NCBI GenBank assembly: GCA_951406725.2
Contig: OX597828.1
Location: forward strand, 10,664,001-10,728,000
Direction: 5' to 3'
Source: Octopus vulgaris
Taxonomy: Eukaryota
Length of the DNA stretch: 64,000 nt
This document shows, one piece after another, positions 1 to 13,023 of the stretch (position 1 is its first letter; each line of letters starts with the position of its first letter). The notes beneath the pieces were generated by a model. It was not told the origin of the DNA. It did not search any database and was given only the letters and a program-made list of their open reading frames with translations. The position numbers and the translations under genes were made by a program.

Positions 1-892
1 GTTAAAAATATTGCGGAAAATAAACAGTCGAACAGATTGATCCCAAGCAGCAGACTTTCCAACTGTAACCATCCGATCATTTGAGATTAGCTTGTAACAG
101 ATAGGGGCACTAAAGCAGCTAAAACAACTGCGTAGCGTAATTTTAAGTCGATTGTCCATAATTTTGTAATGCTGACTATTCACATTTCAGTGACTTAGAA
201 AAAGAAAAGAAAACGGAAAGCCTACTTAAAAACCAGTAATATTTGAACTCAGAGCGTAAAGATCCGCGACAAATACATCAAGATCTCTTTCATTAGACGG
301 TTTCACAATAATGCTAAACTATCTACACGATGAAAGAAAGCCACGCATTTTGGGAGAAGATGTAATTGATTTAATCGAACAAAGAGTATTTGACTGATAG
401 TTTCATATCAACTCTGCCCCTAAATTGACAGGTAAAGTTAATCACAATGAGATATAACAAACAAGGTATGTGCAACTAAGTAAATACAGCAATTGAATTG
501 CACTGAAAGCACCCTCATCAAGGTAATGATGTTTCACTATTGGAAAAGAATCTGCAGTTGAAGTGGTTAAATCAGGCATCGATCATAATAAATGTGCTGC
601 CTGCTAACATGTTTGCAGCCACTCGGCTGTGGAGTTGAAGTTCATATACACAATACTGTATTTCACATTTCACTCACGAGACAACTAGACAGGTGGAAAC
701 ATTAAATCATAAGTTTGGCTTTGTTTGAGACTTCGTGTATTTCTTCTTCGATTAGTCTAGGTCTCTGAGAAAGTTGTGTAAGTATATGTACGCATGTGTA
801 TGTGTGTGTTTGTGAGTATATGTGGATGTGTGTTTTTGAGCGTGTGTATGTGTGCGTATGTGCATATGTGCGTAGATACATATACACATAAA

Positions 893-894
<2 letters not shown>

Positions 895-968
<74 letters not shown>

Positions 969-1077
969 TGTATATATATATTGAGATAAAAAGATAAGTA
1001 CACGTACACACACACAAACATATATATATATATATTTATATTACATTTATATATACGCGCATACACAGATATATATG

Positions 1078-1118
<41 letters not shown>

Positions 1119-1290
1119 TGAGATAGAAAGATAAGTACACGCGCACACGTATTTATATGTATGTAAATATATATTTATATATATACACACATATATATGT
1201 ATATATATGTGGGTGTACATATATGTATATATATATGTATGTATATATGTGTATATATCTGTATAATATACCTAAACGTATTGATGTATA

Positions 1291-1330
<40 letters not shown>
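895..1330. repeat. Compound (CT)n/(AT)n microsatellite block with a ~135-bp local duplication
   Basis: Pure CT and AT runs. The motif tattgagata(a/g)aaagataagtacacg occurs at ~978-1003 and ~1115-1141. Confidence 0.9.
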
Positions 1331-1335
<5 letters not shown>

Positions 1336-1575
1336 GTATGTATGTGTGTGTGTATACATCTATATACAGAAAGAGAGAGGGAGATAGATAGGCATAAAAT
1401 AAACACATGCGTATGCACACATATGGATGCGTGTGCGCGTGTTTATATTTTTATGTATATATATTATGATACATGCATATACATGTGTGTGTATGTGTGA
1501 GTTTGTGTGGGGGGGGGGGTTGAACGGATAGATAAATGGAGGGATGGTGTGATGCATACAAGCAAAGCTGACATT

Positions 1576-1875
1576 GGCATTTCTTCGGTTATGACGACGA
1601 GCGTTCCAGATGATCCCATCAAAGGAACAACTTGCTCGTGAAATTAACGTGTAAGTGGTTGAGCACTCCACCAGCCCGTGTACACTTAACGTAGCTCTCG
1701 GAGAGGTTCAGTGTAACACAGAATGGGACAAGGCTGGATCTTTGAAATAATGCAGATAGTTCTCATTTTTGCCAGCTGAGTGGACTGGACCAATTTGAAA
1801 TAAAGTATCCTACTCCAGGACACAACGAGCCTGGTATTGAACTCACGACCTTACGATCTTAAGGCAAATACACGC
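1576..1875 (-). mobile_element. tRNA-derived SINE, family C (head1/core1 + tail X)
   Basis: The minus strand reads ...gatcgtaaggtcgtgagttcaatacc (B-box-like), gttgtgtcctggag, agtccactcagctggcaaaaatgag, then the tail ccagccttgtccc...cacgttaatttcacgagcaag...cgtcgtcataaccgaagaaatgcc. It is homologous to 14817-15085. Confidence 0.8.
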
Positions 1876-2069
1876 TCCTTCGAAAAGATACGGAGACGGA
1901 GAAATAGATAAAGAGATAAATGGATAGATATGCAAGGTCTGCGTATGCTTTTGTGTGCATGGTGTGCGGTTCACTGTCTATGTGCGTTTGAGTTTATAAA
2001 AAATGGTTGCATATTCTGCAAGTTATATTCTCAAATTCCACAACAACGACGACAATATAGAAGTGAAAC

Positions 2070-2577
2070 GAAGGAGGCGAGCTGGCAGAAACGTTAGCAC
2101 GTCGGGCGAAATGCGTAGCTGTATTTCGTCTGCCGTTACGTTCTCAGTTCAAATTCTGCCGAGGTCAACTTTACCTTTCATCCTTTCGGGGTCGATTATA
2201 TAAGTACCAGTTACGCACTAGGGTCGATATAATCGAATTAATCCGTTTGTCTGTCCTTGTTTGTCTCCTCTGCGTTTAGACCCTGTGGATAGTAAAGAAA
2301 TAGGTATTTCGTCTGCCGCTACGTTCTGAGTTAAATTCCGCCGAGGTCGACTTTGCTTTTCATCCTTTGGCACTGGGGTCGATATAATCGACTTGATGCG
2401 TTTCTCTGTCCTTATTTGTCCTCTCTGTGTTTAGCCCCTTGTCTTTACGTTCTGGTTTCAATTTCCGCCGAGGTCAACTTTGCCTTTCATCTTTTCGGGG
2501 TTGATAAATAAGATCCAGTTGCGTACTGGGGTCGCCCCTCCCCGAAAATTTCGGGCCTTGTGCCAAGAGTAGAAAAG
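2070..2577 (+). mobile_element. tRNA-derived SINE, family A (Meta-domain-like core), internally triplicated, 16-bp TSD
   Basis: Head ggcgagctggcagaaacgttagcac, B-box-like gagttcaaatt, and core ggtc(a/g)actttgcctttcatc(c/t)tttcggggtcgat present three times. Flanked by the perfect direct repeat aatatagaagtgaaac (2054-2069 and 2578-2593). Confidence 0.9.
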
Positions 2578-2918
2578 AATATAGAAGTGAAACATAAGAT
2601 TAGTAAAATTAGAAATTACAGCTTACAGTATGCAAATTGTTTTAGTTTCTTAAAAATTGTTTTAATGTGGTAAATATGATACACTTCATTTAATTTTATG
2701 TGTTCTATATACAATGTGAAGACTCATGACCATAATACATTGTTCGAGCCATGATCAGATTTTATAAGACAAGACACACAAACACACCTTGAGTGAGTGG
2801 GAGAGAGAGAAACACAACTATACTTACTCTCACAATTACAATTACAAATGTAAACATGTAGTTATAGTAAAGAAATTTATATACCTATCTATCTATTTAT
2901 CTATCCTTTTATCTGCTC

Positions 2919-2963
<45 letters not shown>

Positions 2964-2999
2964 CTAATCCATCTGTATATTTGTCTATTCTAGGGTCAA

Positions 3000-3112
3000 G
3001 CCTCAAAGTGTTTGGGGAGGGGGCCAGTGGTAAGTAAACCATCGACCCCGAGAGGATGAAAGGCACAGTCGACCTCGGCGGAATTTGTACTCAGAAGTAA
3101 AGACAGGCGAAT
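3000..3112 (-). mobile_element. Family A SINE fragment
   Basis: atcgaccccgagaggatgaaaggcacagtcgacctcggcggaatttgtactcagaa is the reverse complement of the family A core. Confidence 0.75.
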
Positions 3113-3438
3113 CTATTTGTATATCTATCTATGTATCTTCATACTTCTCTATCTCTCTATCTCTCCCCCTCTCATTCTCTGTCGTTCCCGCCTTCTCTAT
3201 ATCAAGCAGACGCATCAAGCATACTTACACAGACAAAGATACACAAATTGACATATATATGTATATACGCATTCTTTTGTTTATTTCCGTAAACCTGCCT
3301 TCGTCTTTTGTCTATTTTTATAAAGCTTCCCGTTATATATATATATATATAAAGAGACACTCATTATCGCTATGGACTCCGTGTGGGCAGTCATCTAAAA
3401 GTTTTTGTTCATCATGATGCTGACATAAGTTCCTTGTC

Positions 3439-3492
3439 TTTCCTGATGAGAAGGCGGCATAATGCACCCCTTATTCCTTCGAAATTAGGAAA
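3439..3492 (+). ncRNA. Decayed minimal type I hammerhead-like motif
   Basis: tttc-CTGATGA-gaagg...ccttc-GAAA-tta-ggaa. The core and a 5-bp stem II are intact; stem III is nearly absent. Confidence 0.4.
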
Positions 3493-3510
3493 ACGCAGTC
3501 TTCGAAACAT

Positions 3511-3732
3511 ATACTCTTTTACTCTTTTACTCTTTTACTTGTTTCAGCCACTTGACTGCGGCCATGCTGGAGCACCGCCTTTAGTCGAGCAACTCGACCC
3601 CGGGACTTATTCTTTTTGTAAGCCCAGTACTTATTCTATCGGTCTTTTTTGCCGAACCGCTAAATGACGGGGACGTAAAGACACCAGCATCGGTTGTCAA
3701 GCAATGCTAGGAGAACAAACACAGACACACAA

Positions 3733-3778
<46 letters not shown>

Positions 3779-3941
3779 GACAGGCTTCTTTCAGTTTCCG
3801 TCTACCAAATCTACTCACAAGGCATTGGTCGGCCCGGGGCTATAGCAGAAGACACTTGCCCAAGATGCCACGCAGTGGGATTGAACCCGGAACCATGTGG
3901 TTGGTTAGCAAGCTACTTACCACACAGCCACTCCTGCGCCT
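3511..3941 (-). mobile_element. tRNA-derived SINE, family B (CORE-like, internal microsatellite), full length
   Basis: The minus strand starts ggcgcaggagtggctgtgtggtaagtagcttgct...ccgggttcaatccc (A/B boxes), then the CORE-like ggcatcttgggcaagtgtcttc, an internal (TA)/(TG) tract and a (gtaaaaga)n tail. More than 10 related copies lie in the window. Confidence 0.9.
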
Positions 3942-4146
3942 ATGTCGAGAATAAAGGAATGTTGTTAAATCGTCGTTCAGCTCCATTCTTTCATTTATTT
4001 GTATTAAAAAAAACACACAAATTTCTACACGAAAGCACGTGATCTCTGCCCTTGGCATGTGGCTTCAACCATGTTTTTCTGACGTGAATTTGCTACCCGG
4101 GTATCGGTTAACCGAATTATCCATACTAGGATAATTCATTCAACTA

Positions 4147-4148
<2 letters not shown>

Positions 4149-4242
<94 letters not shown>

Positions 4243-4397
4243 GATACATATATATCTGTATGTGTGGGTATTTACATACGTACATATGTATATATACATA
4301 TACATATATATATGTTTGCATTTGTGTATGTATATATAATGTATGTATACATATGTATAAATATATATATATATATATATACATATATATATCTATG

Positions 4398-4439
<42 letters not shown>

Positions 4440-4440
4440 C
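4149..4440. repeat. (TA)n-dominated microsatellite
   Basis: Pure (TA)n of about 85 bp followed by interrupted TA/TG repeats. Confidence 0.95.
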
Positions 4441-5206
4441 ACACGCACATATACATGCATACATAAATTAGAGATATACATGTACGAAAGGGCGTATACC
4501 TATATGCGTATTCACATACATACCATATCAGAATCTATAATGCATTTGAGTGTACTTTTCTGCCAGGATGCATATAAACCAATGTGTACATGTATACCGA
4601 TATAAGTACGCGAGCGCATGTGTCTGTGTCTGTGTGTCTGTGTGAGTTTATGTGAGTCAGTGTTTTCCTGTGTGTCTGTATGTAAACGGTTGTTTGTTTG
4701 TGTGTATTCTGAATGGATTGCTAAGTGCTTGCCCCCGACATGATTTTCTCCTTTGGCCCTCTAACCCAACCCCGACCGGTTGAAACCATTAGAGAGCGAT
4801 GACGCAATGCGCAATTGGTCGTTGTCCAGAATATACTCGAATGGGAGAGCTAGAGCTCACGGTATTGATCCAAACCCATGTCTAGCATGTTATTGTATCT
4901 CGTGGAACTGCTGTGTAGCCTGGTCAGGTTGTACTTCAGTTGAAGACAACGGTCATTCGAGCATGCCTTCCTGTCTAGTACCCAGAACTGCATACGTACG
5001 CGCACACACAAGGGAAACACGATCAAATATACATTTGAATGAATGTGTGTGCTCGTGCGCGTATGTTTATATGTGTATCTATGCGTATCTGCTTATGTGT
5101 GTGTGTATTTTTGTCGCCGCACGTATATGTAAATCATCAAATATTTTTCAGTTTAACACTTATATAATGTATTTGCATCTATTCATGAGTTTTACACACA
5201 TGCACA

Positions 5207-5260
<54 letters not shown>

Positions 5261-5263
<3 letters not shown>

Positions 5264-5522
5264 TCTTTTATTCTTTTCTTTTTTATGTGTTTCTGTTACT
5301 TGATTGCTGCCATGCTGGGGTACCGTCTAGAAGTATTTTAGTCGAAGAAATCGAACTTTGGACCTATATATTAAACCTAATCCTTATTATATCCGTGACA
5401 TTTGCCGAACAGCCAATTTACAGTGACGTAAGCACACCAAGACCGGTTCTCAAGAGGTGATGGGGGAACAAACACAGGCACACACACACACGCACATGCA
5501 CACAAGCATATACACAAATACA

Positions 5523-5561
<39 letters not shown>

Positions 5562-5719
5562 GACGGGCTTCTTTCAGTTTCCGTCTACCAAATCCACTCA
5601 CATAGCTTTGGTCTCCCCGAGGTTATGGTAGAAGACACTTGCCGAAGTAACGTGCAGTGAGACTTTACCAGGAAACATGTTGTTAGGAAGCAAGAGTCTT
5701 ACCACGCAGCCACGCCTGC
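5261..5719 (-). mobile_element. Family B SINE, diverged full-length copy
   Basis: Collinear with 3511-3941 (ctttcagtttccgtctaccaaatccactcac; gaagacacttgcc; cttaccacgcagccacgcctgc). Confidence 0.85.
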
Positions 5720-5732
5720 ATATTTATACGCG

Positions 5733-5816
<84 letters not shown>

Positions 5817-5876
5817 TATATACACACACACTCACACTCACATATACATAATTAATTAAATTCAATTAAATATTGT

Positions 5877-5944
5877 TTTTTGTTATTAAAGTGGTATCAG
5901 CACATGTCACACAGGTGACCGGGGTTCAATTTTCCGTCGGGGAG
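5877..5944 (+). pseudogene. tRNA-Asp(GTC) pseudogene
   Basis: tttttgttattaaagtggt-atcagcacatGTCacacaggtgaccggggttcaattttccgtcggggag aligns with the eukaryotic tRNA-Asp consensus TCCTCGTTAGTATAGTGGT...CCTGTCACGCGGGAGACCGGGGTTCGATTCCCCGACGGGGAG. It carries many C>T/G>A changes and a D-arm deletion. Confidence 0.7.
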
Positions 5945-5954
5945 ATGATGATTA

Positions 5955-6104
5955 TGTGGTAAGAACCTTGCTTCTCAACCTCATGATTTCAGTTTCAGCC
6001 CCACAGAATTGGATCTTGTGCAAGTATTTTTACTTCCATTCTCAGGCCGACCTTTGGACATATAAATGGATTTGGTGGAAGAAAACTGAAAGAAGTTCAC
6101 TGTG
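5955..6104 (+). mobile_element. Family B SINE 5' part, decayed
   Basis: tgtggtaagaaccttgcttctcaacc...ggatttggtggaagaaaactgaaagaag matches the family B head and body. Confidence 0.7.
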
Positions 6105-6139
6105 TATATATTTATTTATGTTTGTGTATACATACATAT

Positions 6140-6244
<105 letters not shown>

Positions 6245-6395
6245 TGCATATGTGTGCATACACATACATATATACCTCCATATATATATGCATACATATA
6301 TACATACACATGTATGAGTCACAGAATGGTAAATTTAATTGATATTGGCAACGAGCAGCTCTATAGACTCATCACATTTTTTTTCCAAGCATTTA

Positions 6396-6815
6396 GGGTG
6401 GTGAGCTGGCAGAAACGATAGCACTCCGGGCGAAAGGCGTAGCTGTATTTCGTCTGCCGCTACGTTCTGAGTTCAAATTCCGCCGAGGTCAAATTTGCTT
6501 TTTTTCCTTTCGGGGTCGATCAAATAAGTACTAGTTACGCACTGGGGTCGATATAATCGACTTAAACCGTTTGTCTGTCCGTGTTTGTCCCCTCTGTGTT
6601 TAGCTCCTTGTAGGTAGTAAAGAAATAGGTATTTCGTCTGCTGCTACATTCTGAGTTCAAATTTCGCCGAGGTCAACTTTGCCTTTCATTATTTCGGTGT
6701 CAATTAAATGAGTACCAGTTACGTACTGGGGTCGATTTAATAGACTTAATCACTTTTTCTGTCTTCGTCTCTCCCCTTTATGATTAGCCCCAATGTGGGC
6801 AATAAAGAAATAAAT
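6396..6815 (+). mobile_element. Family A SINE with duplicated body
   Basis: Head ggtgagctggcagaaacgatagcac. The body gtatttcgtctg...ggggtcgat...aaagaaata is present twice. Confidence 0.88.
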
Positions 6816-7816
6816 ATTTCCAAATATTCCATTGGAACTATGCAAATGCCACTAACTCCCGATATCTCAATCGTATATGGCACATATTTTTTCCATCAAA
6901 GAAACAAAAGACAAGTTTATACAGGTGTCATGGGATAGCTGAGGACACGTCAGGGTTTGTGCATGTGTGTGTGTAAGCGCGCGTGTGTGTGTGTTTGCAT
7001 GAATGCATGTATGCATCTGGTTATACGTATGTATGTACGTATAATGACGGCACGATTGTCTTCAGTAAAGTTTCCACCAACTAGATTTCTCTCAAAATCT
7101 TTGTGAACTGACAGCTAAAAATAATAGTCATATGTTCATAAGATCAGGAAAACCATATGAACCAAACGTATTTGGATGCAAAGCAAACATGCTAAACATA
7201 CAGCCATTCCTACTTTTATATCTTTAACTCATGCACGATTCAAATCCTGTATATGACAACACAAATGCAGGTAACACAGTTTTAAATATATAGAAATAGG
7301 CTAGTAGATGTGGATTGGAACAAACTCTACTTTGTTTAATGCGTTTTACATTACTGATTATGTAATCGCCTTTGGCATTATCTATTATACTTATTTCCTA
7401 TTCATATCTCTCCTCCATGTCCATTAAATACTTACGATGTCCGAACATAAGTATTTTAAAATAATAAGTTAAAGTAGCCACTGTACCAGATGTTTTCACC
7501 GTTTCTTCGGAACCAGTAGATGAGATGTATTTCTACCTCTGTGATGTTGAAGGCGGCGAGTTGATGGTCTCCATAACGTTGAGAAGTATGTCATGCAGTA
7601 ATTCTTTTGTCTCTCGTGCGCTCTGAATTATAAAGCCATCGAGATAACCTATGATTCCAACCGTTCGATGTCCCACTCAATCGGTTAACCACCTACGCAT
7701 ATGCAGAGGAAAATTTCCATGATAAGTATATAGTAGTTTTCAAATCAGAAAACCAAATCACCAGTTGTCGTTTGTGAACTAATAGAATTATGTTATAGAT
7801 GAAAAGGTAGACAAAA

Positions 7817-7848
7817 TAGACAGATAGATAGATAAATAGACAGACAGG

Positions 7849-7930
<82 letters not shown>
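7817..7930. repeat. (GATA)n tetranucleotide microsatellite
   Basis: Direct reading. Confidence 0.95.
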
Positions 7931-7931
<1 letters not shown>

Positions 7932-8488
7932 CTTGGTAATGTTTCTATAAACGAATAACAAATAATCATTAAAAAAGAAAATTATATAATAAAACAAGTA
8001 AAGTACCGGATAAATTGTAGGATGAGTTGTTATAGTATATAGTTTTGTCTCCTTGAATTCTGATTTCGGTTACCCGTTCGGAGGGCTTTGTCTTCCGTCA
8101 ATCCGGGCTCGATAAAGTGTACTGTGATTTAGTCCATTATAATGCGTACTATCGTCCTTGAACTGGTATATTATTTGTATCACTCTCCTGTTTTTGTTAC
8201 CAACTTTGACCCTCCGCAAAATCCCAAATTTTATTTTGGTTCGCGGGAGCAACTGTTTTCTCATAGGCACATATTGTTGTGAATTGCTCGAAATATGGAG
8301 TAGATAAACAACTGACAACTGATGAAGGGTCTTTCTTTATGTTACTTATCTTGCTTTCCATTCGTTTCTCTCGGTGTTCGCAAAAATGTTTGTCTTCGCA
8401 TTTCATATTGTTTACGTTTTGTGACGTCTTGTACCCATATATGCATATGTATACATATGTATGTAAGTAGGCACACACACATGCACAC

Positions 8489-8538
<50 letters not shown>

Positions 8539-9752
8539 TATATGATTGAACGCCACGCATCCATTCCCATATATATATATATATCCCTTTTACGTTTAAT
8601 TACAGCCGAGGCCAACTGTGACTTTTGTCGTTTTTAGGACAATAAATAAAACACCATTTTTGTAATGGAGATTGTTATTCTCTCCTTTTCATACATTCTC
8701 ACTGTGTTTCTCCCTCCCTCCCACTATCTATCTACCTATCTATCTTACTATCTTTCTGTCTGTTACTCTCTTCCTCTTTCTCTGTCTTCTCGTGGTTGTT
8801 ACTCTCTCTTGAGAAAATCAACTATACCCATCTTTGCCTGTTAAGAAAATTACACGAAAGCACTGTGCCCTTATGATTTCTTCAATTGTTGATTGTCTAA
8901 CGCAAGGAAATATATATACACAATTAAATATATACCTTTTAATTTATGTGCTTCATAGCGAACATAACGTTTCGAAAACAGCTTTAATATTTAATCTCTT
9001 TTGTAAATGTTACATGATAAGCGACAACGTGTCTCTGATGAAGAAGATATCTTTACTATAAAACACTACCTGATATACGTTGCTGCTAAATAACCGAATA
9101 GATCTACCCCTGATATGAAAACCGGAATTCTATTGAGTAGTTTTATTAGGCTCGCCACATCCACTTCGAGCTAGAAGTTGTTAATACAGTTTTTATTTGT
9201 GCGCCGAATGTAGAGCACAAAACATTACCATGAACATTAGAGGTTTGCGACACAGTAATGTCTCTTTCGCTGAATAGATGGCATAGGATTCTTTCACAAT
9301 TCAGCCAACTGTTTCGTCTGGCTTCCGTTACGCACAATTCTCTGTTCGAACAAACATTTAGCCGTCTTAAAGGTACAATTGTATTTTAGACGAACATTTC
9401 ACACATGAAAGCATGCTAATGTCTTAACAAGCCATTCCATACAGACTACATTTGTTCCGTGAGTTTGGAACGTCAGCTGTAATAATCAATTATTGTTTAT
9501 CTTTCTCCGAGTATAATTGGTTCATAACGGATATTTATATGTTTGTTGGCCTTGTTGTTTGTGTTTTTATTGTCGGTGTTGTTGTAGTTGTTGTTGTCGT
9601 TAGTCGTTGTGGTTGTTAGATATCTATTGCTCCAGTTCTTAATTCCTTTATTTCACATTTTTTATCTCTTCTGTCATTCTAAGTCACCAACTATTTCTGT
9701 AGTGCCGTCTCTCTCTCCCAGTGCTCCTCTCTTTCTTTCATTATATATGTAT

Positions 9753-9886
9753 TTACGAATGTATATATACATATATGCGTGTGTGCGTACACATATGTAT
9801 ATAGGTACGTATGTATATATGTACATCCATCATGCACATGTATGTAGGTGCATGTATGTATATTGATGTAAATATATTCATGCATG

Positions 9887-9925
<39 letters not shown>

Positions 9926-10345
9926 GTGTAGGGGCATTATACACGCGTATGTATGTGTATATAGGTACGTATGTATATATGTACATACATCATGCATATG
10001 TATGTAGGTATATGTGTGCGCGCATTATACATGCATGTATATATATATATATGTTTGTGTGCGCGCATTATACACGCGTATGCATATGTAATATGTATAT
10101 AGGTACTTATGTATATATGTACATACATCATGCACATGAACGTAGGTGTGTGTATGTATAGTGATGTAAATATATACATGCATGTATGTATATATATATA
10201 TATGCGCATTATACACGCGTATGTATGTGCATGTGTATGTGGGTGTCTGTATGTATATTGATGTAAATATATACATGCATGTATATATATATATATGTAT
10301 GTATGTGTGTGAGCGCGTTATACACGCGTATGTATGTGTATGTCT
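9753..10345. repeat. Minisatellite of ~130-170 bp compound units
   Basis: The blocks tataggtac(g/t)tatgtatatatgtacat(a/c)catcatgca, gatgtaaatatat(a/t)catgcatgta and gcattatacacgcgtatg each recur 3-4 times. Confidence 0.8.
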
Positions 10346-10973
10346 GTGTGTGACGCGCTCATATTTTTGCTCTTACTATATCATTATCTTTCGTTTCATA
10401 TTTTTTTATTGCGGTTTTGTCGTTTCTTTTCATCCAATTTCAAATTGTTCATATGCGACAGAATGAACCCTGTATCAAGCAGAGTGTCCTCTTAAAGTAT
10501 GTCAACTTTCCAATTGTGAGCTGTTAGTCCGAAGTATATGATGTACTTCAGAACTAATACGTTGGACTAGATTTACTGCATACAGATACATCATACATAC
10601 ACGAAGGCTGCTTTTTTAAATTACTAAATAGAATCTACTACTACTTGTAGTCAATAACAAGACAATCTGAGACCGTGCTGATATTCTTGGCTCATTTTCA
10701 AGTGCACTTTACCTAATCTATCTTATATTTATAGGATTAACTTAATTTGTACTTCTTTGCATTTATTTTTTATTAAAATAGAAACGTTAATAAGATTCTT
10801 GCGTTCAAACCCATATATATACATACACATATACATATACATATATATACATACATACATATATATATACATATATATATATGTATATATGTATATATAT
10901 AAATATATATATATGTATATATATATATACATATACATATATGTATATATACATACACAAACACACACAGACA

Positions 10974-11029
<56 letters not shown>

Positions 11030-11989
11030 CGAATGTCTATATATTTGCGTCTTCTTTCCTATGCTACAATGGTATGCAGACCTGTCTACATAATACATGT
11101 ATGTATGCACACATATACCCTCACGAACACACACACACACAAACATACTCACATACACACACACATATATACTGTATACATATATCTATATACATTTATA
11201 TAAACAGTCAATCAAACACACACACGAACATACACACACATATATGCCAGTATGTTAGTGTATGTGTTTTATGTTTTGTGTCTGTGTTTTGTGTTTTGTG
11301 TCTGTGTAATCACAGGTGCGTTTTACGTTCATCTCACTGCGTACCATACTCTATAGCATATGAGAATACATATATATATATACATATAGGCAATCAGATA
11401 TGCACACTTTCATGCATATGTACGTGCATACATACAAATATTCATTCATTTTCTTTTTTGAGAGTGGATGTTATTAAAATAGATCTATGTAAAGGCACAA
11501 CAGGATATTTTTAATTAATATCCCGTTTCGACGGATGTAGCCATCAACATTTCAAAACACAGCCTCTATAACAAATAAATACCTAAATTATCTACTTTTT
11601 CACATTTCTTTTTCTTTTTTTATTTTAATTTTGTGTGGTATGGGAAATTATTTCTTTTGTTTAGGTTTAATAATTTGACAAGTTATAAATGCCATTTGAC
11701 GAGTCATGTATACCATTTTGTCTCCATGTGTATGTATGTGTGTTTGTTATGCTAAAGAGAGAGGAAGAAAAGAAGAAAATAGACAGAAAATGCGAGAGGG
11801 AAAGGGATAGGGATGGGGTAACTTTCGAGTAACAATACATTTTTGGGCACTAATTTTTATCATATGTAATCTTATGTAATTTTTATTTCGTGTATGAAAT
11901 AATTAGAGGTTTGCGACACAATCCTCGACCAATCGCAGCCCACTTTCCGGTTATAACAACCAACTTCTCTCATTCAAATTGAAAATTAT

Positions 11990-12100
11990 TTTATTCTTTT
12001 ACTTGTTTCAGTGATTTGACTGCCGCCATACTGGAGCATCGCCTTTATTCTTTGTAAGCCTAGTACTTATTCTTTCGGTCTCTTTTGCCGAACCGCTAAG
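11990..12100 (-). mobile_element. Family B SINE 3' fragment
   Basis: ttctttacttgtttcagtgatttgactgccgcc...cttttgccgaaccgctaag. Confidence 0.75.
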
Positions 12101-12156
12101 ATATTTATATATATATACCATTAAATCCCAGATTATTGTCGATCATCGTTATAAAA

Positions 12157-12350
12157 CCTATTTCTTTACTACCCATAAGGGGCTAATCACAGAGGGGACA
12201 AACAAAGACAGACAAACGGATTAAGTCGATTACATCGACCCCAGTGCGTAAGGATGAAAGGCAAAGTCGACCTCGGTGGAATTTGAACTCAGAACGTAGC
12301 GGCAGACGAAATACTGCTAAGCATTTCGCCCGGCGTGCTAAAGTTTCTTC
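12157..12350 (-). mobile_element. Family A SINE
   Basis: Reverse complement of the family A body: aaggatgaaaggcaaagtcgacctcggtggaatttgaactcagaacgtagcggcagacgaaatac. Confidence 0.85.
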
Positions 12351-12963
12351 TAGCACAAAACCAAGTTGGCGTTCTCGTACTTTTTGAGTTGCAGTGCTCT
12401 CTCTATAGTATGCTATGGAGGGTAATGTGGTTGCCCATGCAACTTGTCCAACACCCAACGTGACTGAAAGATAAAAAGGAACAGCGCATGAACGTTATAT
12501 TTCGGCGTGGTGGTCGTGGTAGGATTTGCAAGAACGAGGTTTTAGAAATGCTTCTGATTCCCGATTTTCCCCCAAAGTATTCTACCGAAGCCCATGCAAT
12601 AGATGGGCATGGCCTCAATGCAGAGGACTTCCGGAATCAGTATTTTCTTTTTTCTAGAAAGGTTACCCAAACGCAGGCTAATGAATATTGGCTAAGATGC
12701 GTTTTAGTACTGCTCAAAATTCTGGAAATCCTGAAGCCATATGAGACTGGATGCATTATAGTCATAACCATGACTAAGGTACATGTGCATATGTGTGTGT
12801 GCCTATATATATATATATATAGGTGTGTGTGTGTGTGTGTGTGTATGTGTCCGTGTGTGTGTATGTATATATATATACATACATATATATATATATTTAT
12901 ATATATATTTATGTATGTATATGTATATATATATATATAAATATATATATATATGTATGTATG

Positions 12964-13023
<60 letters not shown>

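Noticed and set aside
2070-2577. Repeated ~140-bp units resembling a CRISPR-like or regulatory array
   Set aside because: The units are SINE body duplications without unique spacers, in a eukaryotic context.
3880-3941. SINE heads as functional tRNA genes
   Set aside because: They have A/B-box-like motifs but no complete cloverleaf, and they continue into SINE bodies.
4780-5460. Longest ORF (226 aa)
   Set aside because: It runs through a microsatellite and an antisense SINE, starts at a non-ATG codon and has no recognisable domain.
8320-8400. CTGATGA at ~8320 as a hammerhead core
   Set aside because: No stem II/GAAA/stem III arrangement follows.
9034-9075. CTGATGA followed by the palindrome aagatatctt
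   Set aside because: GAAA and stems I/III are not recoverable, so it is too decayed to call.
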